A model generated the notes under the pieces. It saw nothing but the letters and a program-made list of their open reading frames with translations, was not told the origin of the DNA and made no database searches. A stretch of 64,000 bases of DNA. Origin: Diadema antillarum (Eukaryota). The stretch covers positions 1 through 64,000 of the forward strand of contig NW_027272628.1 of NCBI RefSeq assembly GCF_040938485.1. The letters are read 5' to 3'. Position 1 is the first letter of the stretch; the number at the start of each line of letters is the position of its first letter. The position numbers and the translations under genes are program-made. Of the stretch, positions 1-12,900 are shown one piece after another.

Positions 1-942
1 GAGAGCATGTATTTGGGGATTGAAGGACATTAACTTGACTTTGATCCATTCATAAGTTTATGCATTGAGTAATTTTCAAGGTATGGAGAAAAAGTGCAAT
101 TTCTGTATTGAAAAGTACATTGTTACCATTTTCATCTGGCCTTTGACCCTAAAATTCATAGGATAATCACTGTCAGGCAGAACATGCATAAATATGTAGT
201 AAGTTTCAAGATAACTTGAGCCACTTCCAAGATATGGACAAAAAAAGTTAGTTCAGCACTTTTCCTTGATCTTTGACCTTTTGACCTTTAAGGCAAAAAA
301 AAAAAGTTTCCAGAGAATCTTTATTAGGTTATACATGTATGCATACACCAAGTGTTTAAAAAAAATCCTGCTAGCATTGCATAAATATGAGGGAAATAGT
401 AAAATTTTGAAGTGTTGCCCTTGACTTTTGACCCCTGACCTTTGACCCCATGAACCCTAAATTCTCTAGATAATCACTGCCAGTCAGTACATGTACGGTA
501 TATATACTATGTTCCATGAAGATACCTTGAACAATTTCCAAGTTACGGAGAAAAAAGTGAAGTTTTGATATTTTTTACTTGACCTTTTGACCTTTGACCT
601 TTTACCTCATGACCCCAAACTTTCACCGGAGAATCTTAATTGGGTAATACATGTATACACTAAGTTTCAAGAAAATATCTTCAGGCATTGCATAGATATG
701 GTGGAAATAGTGAAATTTTAGGTATTTGACCTTGACCTTTTGACCTTTGACCTTGAGCATGTGCACCCAAAAGTTGATAGGCACAACTTCACTCCCTAAT
801 ACACATACATGCCAAGTTTCATTAGGATACCTCAAAAGGTTTTTTAGTTACGCTGTCCACAAAATTCATTACGGACGGAAGGACGGACGGACGGACAACC
901 CGAAAACATAATGCCTCCACCACCACTTCCTGGCGGAGGCAT
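1..942 (-). mobile_element. Helentron/DINE-1-like non-autonomous element, family A, copy 1
   Basis: TGACCTTTGACC-rich body, (GGAC)n microsatellite at about 872-896, then the short inverted repeat ATGCCTCC...GGAGGCAT followed by an A run. Homologous to 1050-1800 and to the reverse copy at 33989-34706. Confidence 0.7.
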
Positions 943-1049
943 AAAAATAAATAAAAAATGACATGACGCTGTTTGTCACAAATGTGCTGGGTGTCTGCTT
1001 TCCTAGAACTACCATAGGTTTCATTGGGATGGATGGCTAAATTGTTTAA

Positions 1050-1800
1050 GAGAGCAAGTATTCAGGAATTTGAGCATCTTTACTTGACCTTTGAACCTTG
1101 CCCTTTGACCCCATGACCTACAATTCTTCAAATAATCACAAACTGGTAACATCCATTTTCATGACAATATTTTGAGCTTATGGGAAAAATTGTGACATTT
1201 TAAAATTCTCATCCAACCTTTGACCCCATGGCCCAAATCTTTCCTTACCAAATCATTGTGCAGTACATGCATGTTAACAGTATGTACCGATACCTAGTTT
1301 GATTAAGTTCATGCACTGAGTAATCTCCAAGGTATGGAGAAAAAGTGTAATTTTAGCATTAAATAAAAGCATTTTAGCATTTTCACCTGACTTTAAACCC
1401 TTCACCTTTGACTCCATGACCCTGAAATTCCCAAGAGAATCATTGTCAGGCCATTTCCGAGATATGGAAAAACAGTGAAATTTTAGCATTTTCACTTGAC
1501 TTTTGACCTTAGACTCCATGACCCAAAACTTTTCCTGGAGAATCCTTATCTTATAATGCATGTTTACACTAAGTTGCAAGAAAATACCTTCAGGTATTAT
1601 ATTACCTAGGTATGGGAGAAATAGCGATTTTACCCTGGCCTTTGACTTTGAGCATGCGCATCCAAAAGTTGATAGGCACAACTTCACTCGTTCATACATG
1701 AATATGCTGGACGGAAGGACAGACAGACAAAAAAGGGCGGACAAACGGATGGACAACCCGAAAATATAATACCTCCAGTGACACTTCGTGGCGGAGGCAT
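1050..1800 (-). mobile_element. Helentron/DINE-1-like element, family A, copy 2 (tandem to copy 1)
   Basis: Same body and the same end, ACAACCCGAAAATATAATACCTCC...GGCGGAGGCAT. Confidence 0.7.
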
Positions 1801-2499
1801 AAAAACGAAACATTTTTTCTCAAATCAATACATATAGATTGCACACAGTGGTGTACTTCTTCTTCTTCTTCCTGTATTGTGCAGACCCTCCTGAGAGTAT
1901 ACTCGCACTCTTTGAACTATTCTGTTTTTGGAATTGGCAACAAATTTCATCTTTGACGAGGTGTACCAGCGGTCAAGCTTTTTTTTTTTTTTTTTTTGGG
2001 GGGGGGGGGGGAGAGCCACTCACAAAATTGCTCTTGGTGAAGAAATACACAGGAGTGAATACACTTTTCTCTTTTATTTAACTAATAACTAATAACATTA
2101 GTGACATACAGCTATTATATGTACCTACCTAGGCAATAAGTGAAAAACTAACAATTTAACTATTTGTTGTCTGGGACAGCTGTTTTCAAGGCAGTAAGAA
2201 TCATTGCAAGTTACAGATGTGGTTAGTCACTCCTAAAATGTGGTCAAGGTTATTATTCCAGCATGGAACGATGCAAAATGAACATGTTCTTGTCTAATTT
2301 GCGAGCAATAAATCAAAAAATTTCACTAAATGTTCCAGTCAGAAGAGTTCTGCAAAGCTAAAGAAACAACCAGTAACCTCACAGTACATAATTTGTGACT
2401 CTTTTCCAGTTCACTTCTACTAATTCTTTAGTGCTGTGGATATTTCATGAAACATCATCTTGACCCGAATGTACCTAATTGGAAATGGCATCTGCTCAC

Positions 2500-5400
2500 C
2501 TTTTCTGATGTTGCAGGAGCTGCTGTCTGGCTGGTGGGCCATTCAAATACACATTTGAGTTTGGTATCCATAATACTGCTTGTATCAGATGACTTCCACT
2601 GCAAATATACAATTGTAGATAGTTTACAAGTATTAGAGATTTCATTCACATGAAAGGGTTGTAGACTTGCAGAGAAAGAGGATCTGACAGAGAAGGCATA
2701 CAGAAGCAACAGGTTTTGATCAAATCTAGTAAAAAAAAAAACCAATCAAACTGACTGTGTAAAGTATTGTCTGTTCAAAGAGTATTCTGCTTCTTATACA
2801 CTATCAAAAATATGATTTTCCACATCCTTGGTATAATTAACTTTGTGTTCTAATTATCACAGCAAATATAGGTCCTGTAGTTCTAGAAAGAAGTAAATCT
2901 TCAGAGCAAAGTCTTTGAAAATATTTCATGACAGGTTTTGCATATATGTAACAGTATTACGGGATTTCTTGAAATTAATGGACTCATTGTAACATTAATT
3001 CTACTCTGGTGGAAATCTTGAAAGACACCTAAAAACTGGACTTTCATCCACAGGCACTTAGCCAATGCTATTAGGTATTGTTTTCCATGATACCTCTCAG
3101 ACAAATGTCTTACAAGAAGCAACTACATAGCTAATATGTTAACACATCCATTTCTTGCGATCAACTAGACATGGATAAGATCAAGCAATCAAACTAACTA
3201 CACAAGATAATAATTACAGTTCATTTGTGGTAAAGAACTTTCAAGCAGCAAATAAGCTCCCTGATGTACTTACTACTGATTCCATATCCACTTCCTGACT
3301 GGGTATTATAATGGCCTGAACCATAAATTTGTGCTTATTCTTTTCATTGGGATCGAAGTCAAACGGCTGGAGCATGACTGCACAAGTAAAGAAAGAGGAA
3401 ACAAAGAAACAAAGAAAACAATCACGCATTCAAATTTCAGCAGGAAGAAAACAATGCAAGAAGTTAAATATTTAAAGGGGAACACTTTTAATACTTCTCT
3501 TTTTCACTAGGTAAACCTATTTGTTTTCATTATTTTCTTCTAAAGATATATCAAAACTCTTCAATAACCTACCGGTATGTGCAGGTAATCTAACAAGACA
3601 GGGTAGGAATGACAAATGGGACAGAGGTATTTGACAGGGCTGCTTACTTCTTTTCCCTACTGGTCCAAACCTTGAAGTTACTGGTCCTGTACTTTTTTCC
3701 CAACTGGCCCTGACAATGTAATTTTGTTACTTTGCCCGTCATGTCGGACCAGTAAACCTAGCAACCCCTGAAAAGTTGCAGGTCCGACAGTGATTTTACT
3801 GGTCTGGGACCATCGGACCAGTACCAGTGTGCAGCGTTGTATTTGATAATAGATTTGATTTCATTTACAAGATGCACAGTATATAACAAATTAACCAGAA
3901 GAAGCAACACTCTTAAGAGAAAATTTATACAGCACTAGCCCATGTACGAATAACTCAAACCTGTGGGACAGCATTAATTATCTTACTTAACATACAAACA
4001 GATCTAGTCATCATGACATTTGCTGCTAGCAAATTTTGTGCCCTGCAATGCTCCCTACTAAAGTGTACACCAGAGAGTCTTCCTTACCTTGTACAGTAAC
4101 GGTTTGCTTGGGCACAATGATTCCACTGTTTGGCCTCACGCAGTACCTCCTGGGAGCAGTTGTCTTGATTTTGAAGCATAGTATCTTATCGGAGGGATTT
4201 GATAGTGTCAGCTCAGATGTGACCACATCAGTGAAGGGTCCTGTACATAAGAGAGATTCAGATGTTTATTGTTGACCATGTCCGTTTTATCAATTCTTTC
4301 TCACTGTGAGAAACATAACTTTGGAGAGAGCGAGACAGAGAAAAAACAAACAAACGAACACTATAGACAATTGAGGTATGGTCTTGGGTTAAATCTTTCC
4401 GACGGACATCAAATGGTAAACCACAGAGTGAAATGGTTGCATGACATTGAGTATTGTCTTGCAAGTGATCTTCCTGACAACTATGGATATTTCACTTGAA
4501 GACGGAAAAAGTTTTATTGATCAGTATTACTGGGAAGACATGCTGCTGAAAAAATTGTAATTTTACTTTCCAGTTTGTATTGATCAGTGCTGGGGTAAGG
4601 AATGCAAGGCATTGAATCATGAAGTATATAATAGAAAGCTAAACATAGACAGCCAGTACAGGATACAGACTGCAGACAGTGCATATGAACAGCTTCAAAT
4701 CTTGTGAATAAACAACACTCTGATTGTTGTCAATACTTCAAATCAATTGGTAAGTCTTCAAATTAAAGAAATTTTTGGATTTTAAGTTGATATTTACCCG
4801 CGATACTAAATCTGTCATGATCCTGAATGCTACAATGCGAAGCCCCATTACGCTATGCGTATTGGGCTGCTGGTCGCAGTTACATGTAGCTATGCGTATG
4901 GGGCTGCACGCTGCTGGTCGCAGTTATCATGCAATAATGGTTTCGTGCAATACGTGTACTACCTCGCCGCCATACGGCGGCGGCTCTGGTATGAAACCAT
5001 TATTGCATGATTACTAAGACATGAGAGCACTTTGGGGTGAGTAAGTCTCACAGTGTTAGTTATATGAAAGGTACTTTAACCTGAAACACAAACTAAGACA
5101 AGGAAATTCAGGGAAACTTTGAGGTACCGAAACTTTATATTACCCCCTTTAACACTAAATTTAATGGCAAGAACAGTTATTTTCTACAAGTTTACAACGT
5201 AATTTACCATTACAAACATTTGCTTGTCACGTTACATTCTACTCTGAAATTAAATTGCAATCAACGGATCATATATTTTTGTAAAGGTCTGAATCAGATT
5301 CTATCTAAATACGTCTTACAAGACTCAGAGGGAAGCCACTACTTAAAAACGCTAGACTTTTTTGTACACAAGTGTTTATCGACAACGAAAATGACACATA

Positions 5401-5559
5401 CGACAGAATCGCACCTCTGCACTAACTGTGCAGTGTGCGCACGGTACCGACGACCGAGTACGAAGTTGTAACGTTACATTCAACACAACTGACTTTCCTA
5501 CCTCGAAAACGCAGCTCCGTTGGAGGTTTGATTTCTAGTAGTTGATCAGGCTTCGACAT
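2500..5559 (-). CDS. VAP: Vesicle-associated membrane protein-associated protein (VAPA/VAPB family), MSP domain; 5' part only
   Basis: Exons 5559-5502 (58 nt), 4240-4088 (153), 3377-3274 (104) and 2598-2500 (99), all GT-AG with consistent phases. Translation: [91 protein letters not shown]...[21 protein letters not shown]. It contains the MSP signature [18 protein letters not shown]. The coiled-coil and transmembrane exons were not found and presumably lie left of the window. Confidence 0.96.
3635..3838. mobile_element. hAT-like MITE in VAP intron 2
   Basis: Ends CAGGGCTGC ... GCAGCGTT (degenerate TIR), flanked by an identical 8-bp direct repeat GTATTTGA (3627-3634 and 3839-3846), with repeated TGGTCC/GGACCA motifs inside. 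Confidence 0.6.
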
Positions 5560-6572
5560 CGTTATTTTGAAACGCTGCTTTCCTCCGATATATTACGACC
5601 TTACTAACAGCAATTGGGCCTCAGTTTTCGCACAGGTCCTAGAATATGAATCACTGGGAATCACGCCTATACGTTGTGTGTAGTAAACGTCTGTCCAATC
5701 CCCACTTATATTACACACAACATGCAATCTATCAAATGTACACGTCGGCCATACACAGTGCAGTGCAGTACATATACAGTACAGTAGAAGCTGCAGCAGC
5801 AACCGTATTTTTCTCCGATGCAATATTTCGCTGTGAAATTTGCAAACTTTGTGTGAGACACAGTAGTGAGCCAGCGAATCAATTATCGGCAATAATGCAT
5901 TGTGGGTGCAAGGTTGGGTGATGGCGCGGGGTATTTGTCGTGTTCTAATTGCATAATCTGAGATCCGAATTTTGGTGCTGATTGAGGGTAAATGACCATA
6001 AAAAGTCGTAATAACATCAACCATCTCCTAAGCACAACCCTGCCTCAAAGCTTACTTTTTCATATTCTAACTTCTCATAGCAAGTTCAATGACTAGCGAA
6101 CGTTCAGTCGCAATGCAATGTTAAAATGAGACGCGTTTTGCAAGAATCGATGGACAATTTCGTCTTCTGATGAACAGTTACACTCATATTCAAAACTAAC
6201 TAGAGTCGATCATTAATGTTTCTTTAGAGGAAAGTGGGGTAAAACGGACCACTTGACCATGCCAATGGCTCGTCATATATCTGTAATAAGAATGCCCCAG
6301 GGTTTGTTTGCTCGTTTTTGTTTTATAACACGGGATATAGGATTTGGTTGAAAGTACAAAAGCCCTTATAAATTTTCTTTAGAACCCTAGGCCAAAAGTT
6401 TTCTTGGACATGCCGATAGAAATACTTGTATAAGCTAATGTCCGATTTACCCACGGGGTCGGGTAAAACTTACCTAGGCGAATGGGGAAAATGGACCAAT
6501 GTGGTCCGCCGTCGAATATCGCTTAATTCAATGAAGATTAGACTTTAGCTTTTTTACTGATTTTGTGATTAA

Positions 6573-6958
6573 AGGGATTGTATAGTTTTGGTTGAGACCT
6601 AATTTCAGGTTTCTAACATTTTTTGGTGAGATAATGAGAAACCTCTTATGAAATGTGAAAGAGCATGTAATTTTATGAGGAATTCAACATTTATTTGATG
6701 AAAATTGTTTTTTAAATGGCTGAGATATCCCAAAAAGAGCAATTCTAATAAAGTGTGGGACCCACACTTCACTACGATCGCTTTGTTTTACTTTGTTTTT
6801 GGATGTTTCAGAAATTCCAATCCTGATTTTCATCAAATAAACTTTGAATTCCTCTTAAAATGGTATGCTCTGTACTATATCATAAGTGTTTTCTTGGTAT
6901 CTCGCAAACAGTTAAAAACCCAATTCTCATCTCACTCCACCAATACTGCATCATCCCT
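6573..6958. mobile_element. Kolobok-like MITE, copy 1
   Basis: TTAA|AGGGAT ... ATCCCT|TTAA. A reverse-oriented homologue lies at 42264-42645. Confidence 0.75.
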
Positions 6959-7380
6959 TTAAGGGACTTTACCTCTTCGAGTGTTGATCAGAATGTGTGG
7001 AGACATTTTGCAGTTTATTTATTTAAATTCCCATTCAGTCATTTTATTTCATCAGTATCAAAATAAGAGCAATTGCAATGGGACCTGACAATCAATATCA
7101 TTCATTATAGGGTGGCACCATTGATCTTTTTCGCGGCCGCATGTTTTCATGTTATGTGTTGTTAACAAAATTGTCACCTCTTGTAAGCCAACAATCAGAA
7201 TGATGGAGACTATTTAAAAGCACACTGGAAGAGAGAAAACCGCATGTCCCCCAAAATACAATCGGACTTTCTGCAACGATACCTTTAAAACAGTGAATCA
7301 ATCCAAATGCAATTTCAAGGTGCGACTGAACTATAACTTTGATAACCCCCCCCCCCCCCCCGGGGGGGGGGGGGGGGGGG

Positions 7381-7545
7381 CTGTGGCATATACCATGTGG
7401 ATAAGACTCCCGACTTATATGTCCCGATCGGAGGACCCGAGTTCGAATCTCGCCCAGTGCTTACGTGCTTACGTCCAGTTGGACAAAATGCTTTCACCCA
7501 CCATGTCCCTCTCAGTGTATAAATGGGTACCTGGCAACGCTACCT
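7381..7545 (+). mobile_element. tRNA-derived SINE
   Basis: A-box-like TGGCATATACCATGTGG, B-box GAGTTCGAATC (7439-7449), downstream GTGTATAAATGGGTACC, then an (ATT/ATG)n tail. Confidence 0.6.
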
Positions 7546-7554
7546 ATAATAGGG

Positions 7555-7645
7555 TAATAATAATGATGATTATGATGATTAGTATTGATCTAATAGATTA
7601 TTATTATGATGATGATGATGATTATTATTATTGTTATTATTATTA

Positions 7646-7682
<37 letters not shown>

Positions 7683-7692
7683 TCATCATTAT
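7555..7692. repeat. Compound (ATG)n/(ATT)n microsatellite
   Basis: Visible directly in the sequence. Confidence 0.95.
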
Positions 7693-9304
7693 TGCATCTT
7701 ACAGAAAACCCCATCCGATTTGTTTCAGTTGTCAAAGAGAAATGAGGATCTTTTTAGAGCATGTCAGGAATCCCTTCCCCCCAGGTTTTGTCCGTTCACA
7801 GTTCCAAGAGCATCTAAGAGCTGAATTTTGAAGACTGAACGGACCCATGACGATGACATGCTTTCCGGGCATGTTTTACAACGGATCCACAATTCTCTGT
7901 AACCACTTAAGCGAATGAACGGGGTTTTCAGCAAAATGATGGTAAAAGGTTATAATTTCATACCCTGAAATGGCATTCAGATTGTTTAATAATTTTGAAA
8001 GTTATCAAGAGAAATTCTGATTAGAACTACAACAAAGCCTGAGGCGCGCGTGACTCAAAGATGCACTAAAACGCCGCGTAACCTCAACTTGTGCACTAAA
8101 GGTAAGGGTCGTTACTCCAGTGCCATTCACTTCATGGTGAAGTTTTCCTTTAATAGGCCTATATAGGCCTAGAGGAGTGACATCCAACATACTAATAAAA
8201 ATGAATATAAAATAAATGAGTGATATCAAACAAATAAAACTGAGTATATAAGTATGCCGTATGCGATCATCAACCACCACCCCCCCCCCCAAAAAAAAAT
8301 ACCCAAGAACATCAGTATACCCTATATCAACGGTAGGGGGAGGGTGCCTACACCACCCCCTTTATAAGAGTAATTCCACACCGCTATATCTCACGAACAA
8401 GCAAAATCTTCAGAGAATTTAATTTTCATTAGAATGAAATTAAAAAGACAGACTGTACAAGCTTGAAGTTATGAAATCATTTGTATGTGTCACAATATAA
8501 TAATTATAACATATTATGACTGTTATACTAGGAGTTAGAGGGGTGTTAAGGTTGCTAAGTTGTTTGATAAAACATTATCTTCATATATAACATTTTTAAA
8601 CGAATAAAGAGCTTTGTGAGGGAGTCATCACCTATGTCTATAGATTTTGCATGATATAGGAGTATACATGTAGTGCTATACAAACATGTATGTTTGTGAT
8701 CAATATCACTGTTTGTGTAGTGAATTTCGAAACTTTATAATTCTATTTGTATAACTGAACTTTCCATTAGTTTGTTTGTATTCGGTAAAACCTATATGAT
8801 TTTAACTTACTGCCAACCTAAACGGATCTTGGAATATTGTACTAAGTGATTTGACAAGCAGAGATTTCCCTGTGCGAGGACATAACTGATTTCACACCAT
8901 TTTTTTCTTTTATTTATATGAGATATAAGTTGTTCAGTGAAACTGTTTGGTTAAACTATCTTTGATCAGGAAGGATGACTGATAATACGATAATGCATAA
9001 AGATTACACTGATGGCGTCGTAAAGTAAATCTGATGGCTTGGAAAAAAAAATTATGCACAATTCCACCTGAAAATGGCCATCACTCAACAGTCAGGAGAA
9101 GCATTCTTCGCAATATCCCTTTTCGATAGCCATCTTATCAAGACTATTTTTACACCAAGGAGGCAAGTAGGGCTATTGAATAATAGTATTGTAAACCATA
9201 ATATGTCATACTCGTATTACGTAATTCGTCTGTGCTCGGGCATGGACCTATATACATAGGTCCATGGCTCGGGTAAAAGGCGGCGGCGCTGCATGCTGGT
9301 TCTG

Positions 9305-9362
9305 GATGCTGCTGCTGGTGGTGGTGGTGGTGTGGTGGTGGTGGTGGTGGTGGTGGTGGTGA
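9305..9362. repeat. (GCT)n/(GGT)n microsatellite
   Basis: Visible directly in the sequence. Confidence 0.9.
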
Positions 9363-9965
9363 TTTTTTTTTTTTTTTTTGTCAATGGATACAAAATTTAT
9401 ACCAAAACTTAACATCAATCTAATACATTTTGATACACTCTGATACATTTTTTTCCACAATCCATATACACAATCCACATACACATCTCTCTTTTCTAAT
9501 TCTATTTTTACACTACTAATCACTCATTCTCTTTTTAATTTTATTTTTTCATTGCATTACAAATTCTATTAACTAAATCACTTACCCAAAAAAATAATTT
9601 CTTTTCAGCATTCATTCAATCCAACTTAAAATATCAATATCCATTGATTGAAATTTATTGTTAAAAAAACACACACGCAACCCCCCCCCCCCCCACCACC
9701 ACCACCACCACCACCCTATGCTCCCGTCCATTCTCCCTCTTCTTTTACTACCCTACCCCATTCCCCCCTCCCCCTTCCAAAACCCCCATCACAACAAAGA
9801 TCGAGAGGGCGGGGGGGGGGGGGGGGGGGGCGGGGGGGGGGGCACGGCGGAAACACATCCTATCCTGCATGCATGCAGTGTACATGAGCGAGCGTAGAAC
9901 TGGCGACGACTAGTGAGTCCATCTAGCAGAATATCCAGCGTGAACAGATTGAAAACGGCCAAAAA

Positions 9966-12900
9966 ATGGCATCTGTGCAGCTCGGTGAAGGGGAAAAGAC
10001 ATTCATAATACATGGCGTAAAAGTGGGTTTGAAAAATTCATTCTTATCGTGTTCTTCCCATTCGTTTTTGTACCATGTGCCATGCCCGAATTCTTTATTG
10101 TCATAGTCCCACTAACGTCTTTTTATGTTACCAAGATGTACCGGTATCTCCTCTTCATCATGAAGCTTTTTTAGTACCGCCGACCGGTATAACTTACTTT
10201 AAACGTCTAGTCTAGATCAGATAACTATACACAGCCCAGTCGCTGTATCCCCACGGCGTCTGGTCGGGCTAAGATCAGAGGGTGCGTTCGAGCGCTCTAA
10301 AGCGAACCAAAGCGAACTGAACCAAAAAGCGTACCGTACCATGCTGCCACTCCAGTTTTGGAGCGTTCGAGCGCTCTTTTGAGAAAGCGTACCTCACGAG
10401 TTATTTTTAGAAAAGGTCACGCATTTTTGTAGCAAGAATGTCATCCACCTGGTGCTTGAACTACTTACAGCTGTCCCGAACAAAGAGAATGATGTTTTTG
10501 CATTGTAACATATTTGCATGATACGCGCATGCTTTACAGTGAATACAGTGAACTTTTGGTACGGTACGCTTTTGCTATTTGGTACGCTTTTCACGGTTTT
10601 GGAGTACATCAGGAAGTGGTCGACTTTTGGCTCAATATAGTATGGTACGGTACACTTCAGGAGTGTTCGAGCGCTCCTCTAACGCGGGTACAGTACGGTA
10701 TGGTACGCTTTTATAGGAGAACGCTGGAATGCACCCAAAGAGCTAGTAGGACGTAGGAGAGTGGATCGTAGACACCGGACCCTCTTTTTTTCTTTTCGTG
10801 GTTCTGAATTCCAGTCTCAGAGGATAAAATTTCGCCCAAAAGTAACACCAATTATTCACAAAGTCCTGAAAATTACGAATTTAGCAAAATTATGAAATTT
10901 AATATTCACTCCGATTTTTTGAAAATTTAGTTAAATTTAGATCTTTAAGTTGTCTTATCTTTCAGGAATAGTGTGGTGTAAAATCGCATTATAATTCCAG
11001 ACCCCAGACCCCAGACAAGCTAGTCAAGAAGCATAGTGAGTGTGAATTGTTGAATTTTGTGAATTATTTATCTTTTTTGGAGAAGTTGTAACAGGCATAC
11101 GAAACTTCGAGATGTGGAGTGAAGGAAGGAGGATATTGGTTGAAAACAGTGTCCATCTTGCATTGCTATGGTGACCCAAGGGGTGACCGGAGGTGAAATT
11201 ATGTCATTCATGAAGAATTTTAGATTTATACACAATTGTTTGCAACACAGTGGACTAGAGCAGTCATAAAATGTTGCTCCTGATTGTGGAGTGACCATGA
11301 GCAGATATGGTCAGAGAATTGACGAAAACAATTCTTAGTAAAGTGTTGCTCTTTAACCTATCCTGCACGGGATATGTTTTGAGAGTTTGCTGTTACAATT
11401 AATGACTCTGCTGCTGATAGTGTTGGCTTGATATTTACTCTACAAGTACAAATCTTGATACTTCATTACACAACAGGACAACTTACGATCTGATGGCAGA
11501 TCCTGCAGATCTTATCGCAACATGGAGCTGGAGTGTGGTGTGGTATCCAACACAAGTGGATCAGCAAGACTGATTCTGTCAGATACTCAGGTAAGATACC
11601 ATATCACAGGTTTTGATTTCATATACTTTGTCACATCATTTCATTTGTTCTGGTTTTCAATACTATTTGAAACCAGAAAAGATTTGTAAAAAAAGTGACA
11701 AAAATTTCCTTTTTTTGTTCTTTTACAAGAAGTACATATTTGTATACATCAAGACATTCAGAACTTGGCAGTCATAAAGCAAGCTTGCACCTCATATTTC
11801 TTGGTTGATGAACAGTGATATCAATCATTTAAGCAAATAGGCCTTGGAGATACAGCTACAAGTAAGAATGACATTCATAAGAAATAAATTCAGACAACAG
11901 GCTGATATTTGATTTACCCTCTTTTTAAAACTAAATAGGTCTTGTGTGTTGTGTAATGTTATGAATATGTGGGTTCTATTGATAACATGCATGGTAATGA
12001 ATTAGTGATGTTTTGGGTAAATTTGCTCCAATACTCAGATGAGTAAAGTCAAAATTGAATACTGGTTGTGGTCTTTATGTCCTAGTCCTAATTTGTCCTT
12101 TACAAAAGCAACTCAAGACATCTACAGATATTGCTCACTTTCTTGCCTTACTTCCCAGGTAAATCAGCAATAATTGAAAAGAAAGAAAATCTGATCAGTA
12201 AGCAAGGATACAAACTTATAACTCGATCATAATTCAAGATTCAAAACTCAGAATAATTGGTTGTCACTTCAGTGCCATGTAGTTCTATGGTATAAATGCA
12301 TGGTATCTACTTCACAGGTATTGGTCGGTGTGAAAGCAGAGATGGGACCCCCAGCAGAGTCTTGTCCATACCAGGGTTCCATCGAGTTCTTTGTTGATTT
12401 CTCAGCAAATGCCTCACCCAAATTTGAAGGCAGGGGAGGCACTGAGCTGGCCACAGAGATTGCCAATATGCTGGGGATGGTGTACAAGGATGAGAAGGTT
12501 AGATATGAATTGAGGTGCATTTGGTCTAATGCTGTGTGAAGGTGACTGCTAGTGTAATTGTTCTTTAAGCACACATTTCAAGAGTAATTCTGGTGTAAAT
12601 AGAGTAAGTAAGATACAAAGCAACAATTCAGTGAAGTTTTGCAATTTTGGACACATTCATTTAGTATCAGCCGCATTTGAAAGGAAATACTGGGTAAGAT
12701 GTTATTACAGTTATAGTCATGAGTCAGTGATCGCACATTTGCAGCCTCATCCATATCAAACATGAAAGCCCAAATATAAGATTCAAACTTTCGAAATCCA
12801 TTTGTATACATGCATAATATATCTACATTCAAGGTATTTTCAACATTATTCATTTACGAAATTGTGCTCATAAATTGGATGATGTTCAAATGAAATTGGT

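Noticed and set aside
1274-1813. 179-aa minus-strand ORF as a transposase or other gene
   Set aside because: It lies wholly within a non-autonomous repeat, has no recognisable domain, and the frame is not kept in the other two copies.
1825-2460. Further VAP exons (coiled-coil, transmembrane)
   Set aside because: I found no frame with suitable splice sites and VAP-like sequence; the rest of the gene is presumed to lie outside the window.
7293-7831. Several overlapping ORFs with poly-Y, poly-I or poly-G tracts
   Set aside because: Translations of homopolymers and microsatellites.
9648-10013. Pro-, Gly- and His-rich ORFs upstream of EXOSC7
   Set aside because: They arise from C and G runs; the real EXOSC7 exon 1 is 9966-10022.
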